From Naegleria gruberi (taxonomy: Eukaryota), in the NCBI GenBank assembly GCA_000004985.1, contig GG738849.1: a stretch of DNA of 64,000 bases; one strand, written 5' to 3'. Both the position numbers and the translations under genes were made by a program. Position 1 is the stretch's first letter. Every line of letters begins with the position of its first letter. Below, one piece after another: positions 55,130-64,000 of this stretch. The notes beneath the pieces are model-generated. The model did not search any database. It saw only the letters and a list, made by a program, of their open reading frames with translations, and was not told the origin of the DNA.

Positions 55130-56024
55130 AGTCTATGGCAAGATTGTACGATCGTTATGGCGAAAGGATTTCTTTGCCAAAATGTGTTTGGTTCTTGTTT
55201 TTTGATATTGTGGCTCTTTTAGGGATTGGACACAATAGAAATTATTCATCCAACAATGATCCCTTAGTATTATTGTGAGAGAGGATTCTTTGTCTACTCG
55301 TTTACCATTGCAATTTATGTTATTTTTCCAAAGTGACATTTAAACTATTTCATACTTGTCTGAGGTTAGTACGAAGTATTGCTCTTTGACTATTCAAAAG
55401 ATCACAATTTGGGTAAGCTAACAGATAATGGGTTAAATAGATCATTGTTCACATCTGAAAGGTTGAGTGTTCGACTTGAATCAATCCAGATTTATTTTAA
55501 AGTGTCCAGAAAAGTGTATTACCAAATCAAATTGTATCCACCTCCTCTCTCTCATAGTATCTTCTTATACAATAGTATTAAATCAAAGATGAATTCTCTA
55601 TTGATCGACCGTAGTTGACTACAGTTCTCAATCATTATCGATTGTATAAAAAATTGAGATTGTTGATAAGCCTTCCCGCACAGCAACATCAACAACAACC
55701 CTTCTAAATGTTACCCCATTCATGCAACAACAATGCAGCCTAAGCTGCCCACAAATAATAGATAGAGAACAAAATTGCAATACAGCAAGCATTTGGTCCC
55801 CACCAAGTAAGGTCCAAATATGTTGATAAGGTTGCTGGTTATTTTTTTTTGGAGGTCCTTAATGAGGTAATTTATAGCAAATATTCCTAGTGTGTTTGCC
55901 TCTATATTTATGTATTACTTCCGTTAAAGCAAATGATGCTCTTCTTCTTAATATCAAATCAAACTCTAAATCATCATCATTCGGTAAATAAATTAAAAAT
56001 TGAAAAAGATGATGAATAAAAAAA

Positions 56025-56991
56025 ATGAAAAGAGAAGGAGAAACAGCAATGGCCGATGATGGAGAGTTAGATTATTCTGAACTTGTTGATGAGATTGGAA
56101 TTTCCTCCGATTATGATGAAAATTATAAATCATTGAAGGATTTTTGGGATGTTGCAGAGAAGGATTTTTATCAAAAATCAACAGATTATTGGAAGGAAAA
56201 GGTTACGAATGATATGAATGGAATGTTGGGAGGTTTTACTCATGTTCACGATAGGGATATTAAAGAGAGTTCGCTTTTATTGAGTAAAGTTTTGGAGGAT
56301 GTTACACCAGGTAGAGAAGGAGAAAAGTCTTTCATGTATTGTTTAGAATGCGGAAGGTATGTTTTATTTGTATTTGATTAGAAAAATAATTGTTAATGAT
56401 GATGACGATATTATTATTACTTTGGATGTAACAAAATAATATTGTTAATTAATATTTAATAATGTTAAAATAGTGGAAATGGACGTGTTACTAAAAATTT
56501 ACTGTCTAAACATTTCGATTATATTGATTGTGAGGATGTTAATGAGGAATTTTTGATTAAAGCCAAGGAAGAATGCAACAAGATCAAGGAGACTTATGCT
56601 TGTGCATTGCATGAATTGTCAAGGGTCATTCCAGAAGAATGTAAAGGAAAATATCATGTAGGTTTATTCATTTTGAAAATTTATTGACATTGTACAGTGT
56701 ATTTGGGTTCAATGGTGTGCCTGTTTCTTGACTGATAGAGATTTTGTCAAATTTTTGGAATATTGTTATGAATTACTAGTTGATGGAGGAGTTTTGTGCT
56801 TCAAGGAGAATATTTCAGGAAAGGGTTTTGTTGTTGATTCAGATGATGGCTCAATAACTCGTAGTAATAATCACTATTTGTTTTTATTTTCACAAGTTCA
56901 ATCCAAATTTGAAGTTATTGAAAATACCAAACAGAAAAATTGGGAAAAGGGTTTATTTGCTCTCAGAATGTACTGTTTAAAGAAGAAGTAA
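56025..56991 (+). CDS. NTMT1: N-terminal Xaa-Pro-Lys protein alpha-N-methyltransferase (NTMT1/METTL11A family); 3 exons
   Basis: Exons lie at 56025..56356, 56474..56657 and 56698..56991. Introns are 117 nt (GTATGT...TAG) and 40 nt (GTAGGT...CAG). The encoded FYQKSTDYWKEKVTNDMNGMLGGFTHV, CLECG-SGNGRVTKNLL and CIWVQWCACFLTDRDFVKFLEYCYELLVDGGVLCFKENI align block by block with human NTMT1 ([82 protein letters not shown]). Confidence 0.85.
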
Positions 56992-56992
56992 A

Positions 56993-59159
56993 CTAAACCA
57001 AATGGACCAATAAAACATCACCATGCTCAAATTGTAATTGAGGTGTTGTGTATGGGTCAATTGGTGTCAATACTCCATTTCTCTTCAACTTGATCTGCGT
57101 TATGGATTTTAACATGTTATTATTCCACAACTTTTTCTCATTGACCATCTTTTCACTCAATTGTTCACACAAGAATGAGAATGTGCAACATTTGTGAATT
57201 GAAAACTTGGAAGTCATGAGTGAATTTTCATAATGTGAATAATCTGCCACTGTTAAAATCTTCGTCTCATCAAAGAAAATGACAAACATGGCAGCTTGAG
57301 CAGTTCCATTTGGTGAAAATTGAGGAGTCACTACTGGATATTGTTGATGTGAATTGGATGATGGTAAGGAGAAGAGTTGAGAAAGGAATGGAGCTGAGGA
57401 TGGAGACGTGTTATAGAATTGAGCAGCAGCTGCACTTGTTGATAAATTGGATGTCATGATATTTGGAGTTGTGGTGTTATTATTACTAGTAATATTACTA
57501 GTAATATTGGAATTGGAATTATTGGATTGATCTAGAATACAAAATGGCTGAACCATTTCATTGTTACTATTCGAAGCAGATGCTAACTGTACATTTGGAA
57601 TGCCCATCAATGGATGGTGATCTTGTTGTTGATTGTGTCCATTACTGGTTGTGGCTTTCATTCTCTTCATGGCCAATTCATTAATATCCAAAGAATTTAA
57701 CATTTTGGTGGTTGTGTCTTGTCCTAAAACCATATCCACAAATGATTTGGAAGGAGAGGATGCTGTAGAACTCACTGTTGCTGTATTTAAATTATTCGTA
57801 TTGTTATTATTAAATTGATTGTAAAGTATCATGTTGGAATATTGAGGAGTTGAAGAATTGTGGATATTATTATTATTTGGAATGGTATTGGCCATTTCAT
57901 TCAGTAATGATTGAAGAGAGTAAGCAGTTGTTGGTTGGTGTGGAATTTGTGGAAGAAGGGTTTCGACTTGATTATTCGATTTCACATAATTATTATCCGT
58001 GGGAATGCTTTCCAATAAATTCAAGAATTCATCATCTTGATTTGAAAGTGCATTCCAGGGAGTCAACAAATCATTTTGTGAATTCTGTAATTGATCAACT
58101 GGATTATTTTGGTCAACTGTGGTAGTTGTGTTTGTGGTCGTCACCAACGAAGTCAATGAACGTTTTCTCTTCTTTGATGATGAAACCTCTTGATCAGAAG
58201 AGGAACAGTTAGATGATCTTTTCAGAGAATTATTAGATGAAGTTTCCTCTTCATCAATTCGAAGGGTTTCGTCCTCCTCTTTCGAAGAAGATGCAGATGA
58301 TGAAGAAGCAAGGGATAATTTCCTTGAATTTCGTTTTCTCTTTGGTTTTACCTCTGAATTTTCCGTTTGATTATTTTCATTATCACCACCACATCCATTT
58401 GAATGGTGACTATTACCATTTTGATTCTTATTAAATCGATACTATATATACATGTGTTGGTAGATGATAATGATTATCCAAGTAGTGGCCACCACATACA
58501 CATCATGGTAATCAACATGTGTGTTGTTGATGATAAAGACATTGAGGGTTCAACACAGCATGTTGTGTGTCGAAACGCAAATGCAGCATGGAAGATAGCA
58601 CACATTGTAGGCCATGATTGAGAATGATTTTTCGCGCGCAAATGGAAAGAAGGACAATTTACAATTCCGAATCCAATATTGTTATTAATGGTAATGAGGC
58701 AATCGTTCAGCACACACATTCACAATATAACAACAACAGCAGCAGGAGGCAAAATGTTGTTGATGATAATGTTTCATCAATATATTCATTAAAATCTATC
58801 GAGAGAGAATATTCTTACTTACCTGCTTGTTATAACAAGAGTTGCAACAGACGCCAATTGGCACCTCAAAGTTGAAGGCTGCTACATACTGCATTCATAC
58901 ACATGTGATGATGATGATGATGAATATTAATGATGAAGATGATGATGAAGAAGATTGTGTGAAAATGGAAAGAAGAAGGGTTTAGGATAATTCAAAGGTA
59001 GGTGAAAATACTTACAGCATCTCTGTTGCTTGCATTGATATTATACTTTTTAGAGTAGTGGAGGTTGTATCGCTTACAACATACACAAAGATTGCTTCCA
59101 TCCTCGTTGGGAATATTCTTGTGTTTGGTCTTGTCGCCAATGATTGCCATAGAGTCCAT
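56993..59159 (-). CDS. N/S/T/Q-rich nuclear-type protein with a basic NLS-like patch; the model is extended upstream to two short Cys-rich 5' exons (putative zinc-binding N-terminus); 3 exons
   Basis: The track ORF 56993..58156 starts on TTG. The frame stays open upstream to 58441 (YRFNKNQNGNSHHSNGCGGDNENNQTENSEVKPKRKRNSRKLSLASSSS...), where a TAG and an ATATATAG acceptor occur. Candidate 5' exons lie at 58823..58888 (YVAAFNFEVPIGVCCNSCYNKQ, GTAAGT donor) and 59016..59159 (ATG-initiated MDSMAIIGDKTKHKNIPNEDGSNLCVCCKRYNLHYSKKYNINASNRDA, GTAAGT donor). Both close in phase 0. The intervening introns are 127 nt and about 375 nt; the latter is long for this genome. Confidence 0.45.
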
Positions 59160-59409
59160 TAGTTTGTTTAGAATAAAGTTATTCTATGTTGAAGAGAGAG
59201 GGTTGGTGGTAGATGAACAAAGATTAATTGTGTGTCTTTGTGTAAAGTTGTTGTATATTGATCTGGAATGATCGCAAAGAGTAACGACTTGGTTGACCAG
59301 CAACAAATTAGACGAAATGCTGGTTGTGTCAATAAATATTTGCGTGATGCAAAGATTCTCGGTAGAAGTAGGTTAAATAGAATTTGATTGGTTTTTTTTT
59401 GAGCAAATT

Positions 59410-60252
59410 GTTTCGAATAGTTTGGGGAAATAAACCTGTTGCGAAACACAAAATTGGTATTTGGCACTAGTGGAGCGAGGAGTGTGGTTTTGGTTGGGTA
59501 TAACCTTTCTTACAAACCAAACACTTATTCTTTTTTTTTGATGTTGGCTTGGAAGAAATCAGACGAAAGCCTTGTGAAATATGTTTCGAATAGAGGGATG
59601 CATAGACTCCTTGTGTGGCCTTTCAAAAATTCCCATTCAGGTATGTCAATACTTTTGGAAGATAGCAGAAGAAGTCACCACCATGAATGGTGAACAATAC
59701 ACAAACTAAATTTTGCACAACAATTATTCGAAACAAGCAAAGAAACATAACCTTGTGATTTCTACCACACCTTCCAGCCAACATTAACTGTGCGTGGTGA
59801 AAAGATTTCTTCATCTTCTACCTCCACTTTTAGAATCCAGCCCTCCGACTATTGACATAAATTTTTATCGGAAAACCCACCGATTGTTTTTGGGAATGAT
59901 TTTTCAGGGGATTTTCAAATGATTCCGAAAACAGGTTTTTTGTTTGAGTTGAACAAAGTTTTCTTCAGCAGCAGAATTTGAGTTTACAAATGAATATGAG
60001 ATATGGAATTTTGCAATTTTACAAGTTTATGAGGTGTAGTATGGATGGTGGAAAGTGTGTTGTGAAAATTGCTGTATTTACAGTTGTAAATGGGTAGAGT
60101 TTCGAATTGAAAATTGGTTTCGTTTTGGTGTTTGTAATAATGGGTCTTTCTGTGAGGAGTTGCAACAGGAGAATAGAATTATGCGGTGCCAATCACGATT
60201 TGTCTCTCGATTATTTAGAATGTAGTTGCAATTCATTCACAGTTTCGAATTG
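59410..60252. repeat. cluster of five copies of an 11-mer GTTTCGAAT(A/T)G motif (palindromic TTCGAA core) in a gene-poor region
   Basis: Copies at about 59410..59420 (gtttcgaatag), 59583..59593 (gtttcgaatag), 59724..59733 (reverse orientation, tattcgaaac), 60099..60109 and 60242..60252. The last two sit in an identical 15-mer agtttcgaattgaaa. One more reverse copy (attcgaaac) lies at about 31817..31825 in the other desert. Confidence 0.4.
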
Positions 60253-61224
60253 AAAGCATGCAACAGATAACACAATTTGTAGACAATACCATTTAAGAAA
60301 CAAATGATTATTCCTCTTGAAACCTTCTCTGAAATTTTCAACTAACGCGTAAAAACATTTCCCCAAAGTTTGTGAACGTCATATGCCAAGGTCACATCAC
60401 AATTTTCCTTCACTACCATTTTGGTATTTTTGCAACTATCAATTTTCTTTGGATGATCGAATCCCTGCCATACACAGCAAATTGGAGAAAATTCATTTTC
60501 GCTGGAATAACTTGTGCAAATTTAGTATCAGATAGAGTTAGTTAACCTTGAGTCAATTAGGGCACTTTCTAATAAAATTAGAGGAAACCTATATTATAGT
60601 AGATGAGGAGAATAAAACATTTACTTTTGGGTGAATTGATATTAAAAACTATCAACTGGCTTGTTAAGGGGTTTATCCACTACTCATCACTCGAGAGAGA
60701 TTTTGAATTTAGTGTACACGAACCATATGTTTGTTATGAACAAGGAAATGATTTTCATTTATCACAGCACTGTAGTTTTACTGTAGTGGAGAGAGTTGTT
60801 GGGTGAGGTTGGTATTAGAGTTGTTGGGTTTTTGGTTGATAGGATTGGTTGACCAATCTGTATTGTGTTGGAAATTGTGAAAAAAAATGATGAGAATGAA
60901 GGGGAAGAAATGAATCGAGTTTGAAGAAGGACATGTTGGCTTGCTAATCGGAAGAGTTTAGGTAAGATGTCTTGATGAGAATTTATTAGAAAGTTCAACC
61001 TAATGATGATTACCATTTTTATTGGATATTTCCATCATTAATTTTCATAATGAAAATTTAAATGATTCGATCATCGGATTTTGGAACATGTACTCGGTTC
61101 TTGTGTATTAAAAAGTACAGCTCAAATATTTCTCATAGCTCTAGATTCGTATTGAATTTTTGAATCTCACAAATATGAGGAAGGACAATTATTCGAAAGA
61201 AAACTATTCAGAAATAAGAAACTT

Positions 61225-61878
61225 TCAAACTTGTTGCTCATCTTCCACAACAATTTCAACACATGTGTATGATTCATCCACATTTGACTTATCCTTCGCC
61301 TTGAAATCTCTCATTTCTGAAATCATTTCATTAATGGATCGATTGACTGGAGCTCCAGTTTCTAATTCTTGACTTATTGGACCACTTTCGACACTAACAG
61401 CAGCTCTTGGAGATTCCTTTTTCTGAGACGAAACACTCATCCTTCTAAACATAGTTTGAACTTGATAAAGTGGCGAATAAATTGCTAATAGAAAGCAAAC
61501 TAAACAAACATATCCAATATTATAAAACCCATGAAAAATCACCGTGCAGTAGGGCCACAACAATGAAAATGGAATGAACACAAACCCACAAAACTGAATA
61601 ATCATTGAAATTGTAATTCCATATTGTAAAAGAGTTGCATTTCGAAGTGCCTTCTTTTTCATTTGTAAACTCGATTCCAAACTCTTATCAGTTGCATTCT
61701 GATTGTTGAGAGTTTTTCTGAGGGAGTCTACTCGATCTCTGGCGATTTTGAGATTTTTCCTTAATAATCGTCCGGAATAGTTTAGGATAATGGAAAAGAT
61801 GGTTATGGAAATGAGGAAAAGGAGTGAGGCGAAGACCATGAGGCCTATTAAGAGATTGGATAGAAGGGATTCGTCCAC
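61225..61878 (-). CDS. small multi-pass membrane protein (217 aa)
   Basis: Single ORF with about 4 hydrophobic segments (LLIGLMVFASLLFLISITIFSII, ITISMIIQFCGFVFIPFSLLW, YVCLVCFLLAIYSPLY). The C-terminal tail is hydrophilic. Confidence 0.5.
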   Translation of the reverse strand: MDESLLSNLLIGLMVFASLLFLISITIFSIILNYSGRLLRKNLKIARDRVDSLRKTLNNQNATDKSLESSLQMKKKALRNATLLQYGITISMIIQFCGFVFIPFSLLWPYCTVIFHGFYNIGYVCLVCFLLAIYSPLYQVQTMFRRMSVSSQKKESPRAAVSVESGPISQELETGAPVNRSINEMISEMRDFKAKDKSNVDESYTCVEIVVEDEQQV

Positions 61879-62084
61879 TAGTTTGAAAGCTGAGGCGAAA
61901 CCGAATAAGAGACATAAACTAGCTGAAAGAAATACAAAGAGGGAAATGGCTATAAGAAATATAATGACCGTGATTCTAATTCTTTTGAAAGTCTTTTTTG
62001 TAACATTTCCTGTTGATTCGGAAGTTTTAAAACTGTTTCGAATAAATTGTTTATTGTAAAATTACAATTCATTGACTGAAAAAC

Positions 62085-62550
62085 TTACAAAACCATTGAA
62101 ATATGCGCCATTATCAGAATAGACAGTAAAACTCCCAAATTATTACAAACTCTACCAATTCCCTTCATTATCGAAGAAGAAACCAACACGGCATTCGAAT
62201 CACTTATCAAATACAATAATTCATTTGCCTCCCTCACCCACATGTTCAAATTTACAATCGCCAATAAGACAATCAATAATCCGAATAGTATATGTTGATT
62301 CCTCGCCAAATATTTATATTGAATTGCATAATTTATCACAACAATTAAGAAGAGGAAAGCAAACACCAATACGAACGGTGCACTCATTCCGAGGGTGATT
62401 TGTCTGAAGAGTGAGAATTGTCCAATATTACTAGCAGCACCTGCTGATGAAGTTACATTACTGTTGGTTGTGTTGCTAAGTAAAGATGTCGTTATGTGTT
62501 GCAGGAGAAGCAAGTTTCGCGTTGTTGATAAGAGATGAAGTTGTTGTTCC
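62085..62550 (-). CDS. small multi-pass membrane protein (about 155 aa), a possible paralog of the 61225..61878 gene
   Basis: The track ORF 62085..62810 runs 5' into the tRNA-Thr gene, so it is trimmed to the first ATG (MEQQLHLLSTTRN..., start at about 62550). Hydrophobic segments FVLVFAFLFLIVVINYAIQY and ILFGLLIVLLAIVNLNMW echo the IILNYSGR / FLISITIF pattern of the neighbouring protein. Confidence 0.45.
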
Positions 62551-62723
62551 ATTGTTTTACAGATAAAAGCGAAATGAGTTATCTCAACCAAAAAGCAGAA
62601 CTTTCTATCATGGGTGAGTTTCATATGAATGTTGTTAGCATCGTATCTCTCCCGAAATGATATTATACGAATGAGTAGAATGGGTGGCAAGATTTCGAAT
62701 CTGTGGCTTAACAGCCAAAAGAT

Positions 62724-62797
62724 TGCCTCCCTTGGGAATCGAACCCAAGACCTCTGTCTTACTAGGACAGCGCTACTGCCAACTGAGCTAGGAAGGC
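62724..62797 (-). tRNA. tRNA-Thr (anticodon AGU)
   Basis: The minus strand reads GCCTTCC-TA-GCTCAGTTGGCAGTAGC-G-CTGTC-CTAGTAA-GACAG-AGGTC-TTGGG-TTCGATT-CCCAA-GGGAGGC-A, 74 nt. It has a 7-bp acceptor stem with one U-G pair, an anticodon loop CTAGTAA with AGT at positions 34-36, a T-arm GGTTCGATTCC (B box) and the A-box-like TAGCTCAGTTGG. Confidence 0.85.
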
Positions 62798-62890
62798 TTA
62801 CGGTAAGCATATAAAACGCCTTAATATCAATCTAATAAGAGCTATTGTTCTAATAATAGTCTGTGGTTTACAGATAACACAAAAGAAAAA

Positions 62891-63919
62891 ATGTCTTCAT
62901 TTGTTCCATCAACCAAGTTGGCAAGAGAAAGAGCTTTGGATAAATCAACATTGCCTCCGAAGAAAATTAAGATTTATTATGATGAGGATGCATTCGTTCC
63001 ATTAGGAAAACAAAAGAAAGGATCATGGTTAGTTGAACATAAGGAAGTCGGGCAAACCTTTCCATCCTATGAAAGAGGTTCATTCAATAGGATCAAGTAG
63101 GTAGAATATTGATAATCTCAATTTATTAACTTTAATCTATTTTGAATCAATTATTATGAAATATTTCTATTGATTCATTTAAATCATTTAATTTCAATAT
63201 TCAATTATTCCTGCAGAGGATCAAAACAAAATGTAATTTATATTTGCTGTTTGGAGGAATTTCCAGAAGATCAACCTACCAGATATCCATCCATGACCAT
63301 TCTAGTTGAATTTCTTAAGAAATTCTATTGGGGAGTTGAAGTTAAGCTATTCAAAGATCCAACAGGTTACAAAACATTTCCAACCCGACTTAATGACGGA
63401 GTTGAACAATACAAAGCCCCTGACATTCTCAAATATCTCAAAAAGGTCATTCCCAAGGATGCTTACTGTATCATTGCAGTAACAATGGTAGATCTGTATC
63501 CAAGGGATGAGTGGAATTTTGTCTTTGGTTTTGCCTCTTTAGAGGAGAGAGTAGGAGTTTTTTCATTTGCAAGATATCATCCGGATTTCTATGGTGAGGA
63601 CCATTCACAATCTCCCTCAGACATTGAGAGAAATATATTGAGGAGGAGTTGCAAAGTGGCTTCTCATGAGATTGGACACATGTTTGGCTTTAAGCACTGC
63701 ATCTATTACAAGTGCGCAATGAATGGCTCAAATCACATGGAAGAGAGTGATGAACGTCCATTAGAGTTGTGTCCAGTAGAATTGAGGAAATTGCAACACT
63801 GTATTGGTTTTGATGAGAAGGAAAGATATCAGCAATTGTTAACTTTCTTCAAAAACCATCCTCAAATGTTCTCTTCAGAAATTCAATGGTTCACGGAGCG
63901 ATTGGAGTACATTAACTAA
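62891..63919 (+). CDS. AMZ: archaemetzincin (AMZ1/AMZ2-type zinc metalloprotease); 2 exons
   Basis: Exon 1 is 62891..63096 and exon 2 is 63217..63919, separated by a 120-nt intron (GTAGGT...TGCAG). Exon 2 contains HEIGHMFGFKHCIYYKCAMNGSNHMEESDERPLELCPVELRKL, the archaemetzincin signature HExxHxxGxxHCxxxxCxMx(n)CPxC. Confidence 0.8.
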
Positions 63920-64000
63920 CCATTTTGAAACCTTACAAGCACTCCTATTTTATTTTGAATAGGAGTTCAAATTCCGTTAACGGAGTAAAAAAAAAGTCCA

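Noticed and set aside
58237-58875. Plus-strand ORFs 58237..58434, 58403..58621 and 58618..58875, and minus ORF 58474..58719
   Set aside because: They lie antisense to, or within the introns of, the better-supported minus-strand multi-exon model. Their composition is not coding-like.
58896-58960. (GAT)n/(GAA)n tract as a coding poly-Asp/Glu or poly-Ser segment
   Set aside because: In my gene model it falls inside a 127-nt intron, and neither strand gives a long ORF through it. It is treated as an intronic microsatellite.
62551-62810. 5' part of track ORF 62085..62810 (241 aa)
   Set aside because: It overlaps a clean tRNA-Thr gene on the same strand at 62724..62797. The plausible CDS begins at the internal ATG near 62550.
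1-64000. Prokaryote-style features: operons, CRISPR arrays, defence islands, phage or transposon genes
   Set aside because: The window is eukaryotic nuclear DNA, with genes split by GT-AG spliceosomal introns and eukaryote-specific products such as CHMP7, MON1 and CDK5RAP3. No direct-repeat/spacer array, IS-like inverted repeats, integrase or reverse-transcriptase ORF was seen.

Overview
This is AT-rich (roughly one-third GC by eye), very gene-dense eukaryotic nuclear DNA. It is not prokaryotic: genes lie on both strands and are interrupted by many very short spliceosomal introns. Those I could place run about 34-63 nt, with a few of 117-160 nt. Most start GTAAGT or GTATGT, some GTAGGT, GTTTGT, GTGGGT or GTGAGT, and all end in AG. 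Predicted proteins carry long N/Q/S/T homopolymer runs. Intergenic spacers are mostly 60-500 bp, and five convergent gene pairs have stop codons only 1-18 bp apart. I cannot name the organism. The gene content (CDK5RAP3, ITFG2, archaemetzincin, NTMT1, CHMP7, MON1) together with low-complexity proteins suggests a non-fungal protist; an amoebozoan or dictyostelid-like source is one possibility, held with low confidence. The supplied ORF track accepts alternative start codons (TTG/GTG), so its ORF starts are not reliable initiation sites, and many listed short ORFs are antisense or out-of-frame noise inside real genes. I support about 33 protein-coding genes. They include a Ski2-type Sec63 helicase resembling HFM1/Mer3, a classical protein tyrosine phosphatase, MON1, a divergent actin-related protein, CDK5RAP3, a pterin-4a-carbinolamine dehydratase, TRAPPC2L, an ITFG2 ortholog, CHMP7, an NTMT1-type N-terminal methyltransferase, an archaemetzincin and a RING-H2 protein. 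There is one intact tRNA-Thr(AGU) and one degenerate tRNA-Asp(GUC)-like element. The most unusual object is a 4.9-kb uninterrupted ORF encoding a 1,636-aa protein that is extraordinarily aromatic (F/Y/W-rich) and repetitive, built from dozens of degenerate FP(F/L)(F/Y)(Y/F) and (S/M)L(F/L)WLF(Y/H)K motifs, which I cannot assign to any family. Also notable are the extreme 3'-end packing of convergent genes, a roughly 2-kb gene-poor stretch carrying a repeated GTTTCGAAT(T/A)G motif, a second 1.8-kb desert with a GC-elevated island, a probable pseudo-beta-lactamase membrane protein, and several frame discontinuities not explained by canonical introns. Intron coordinates were derived by hand from the sequence and should be treated as accurate to within a few nucleotides.
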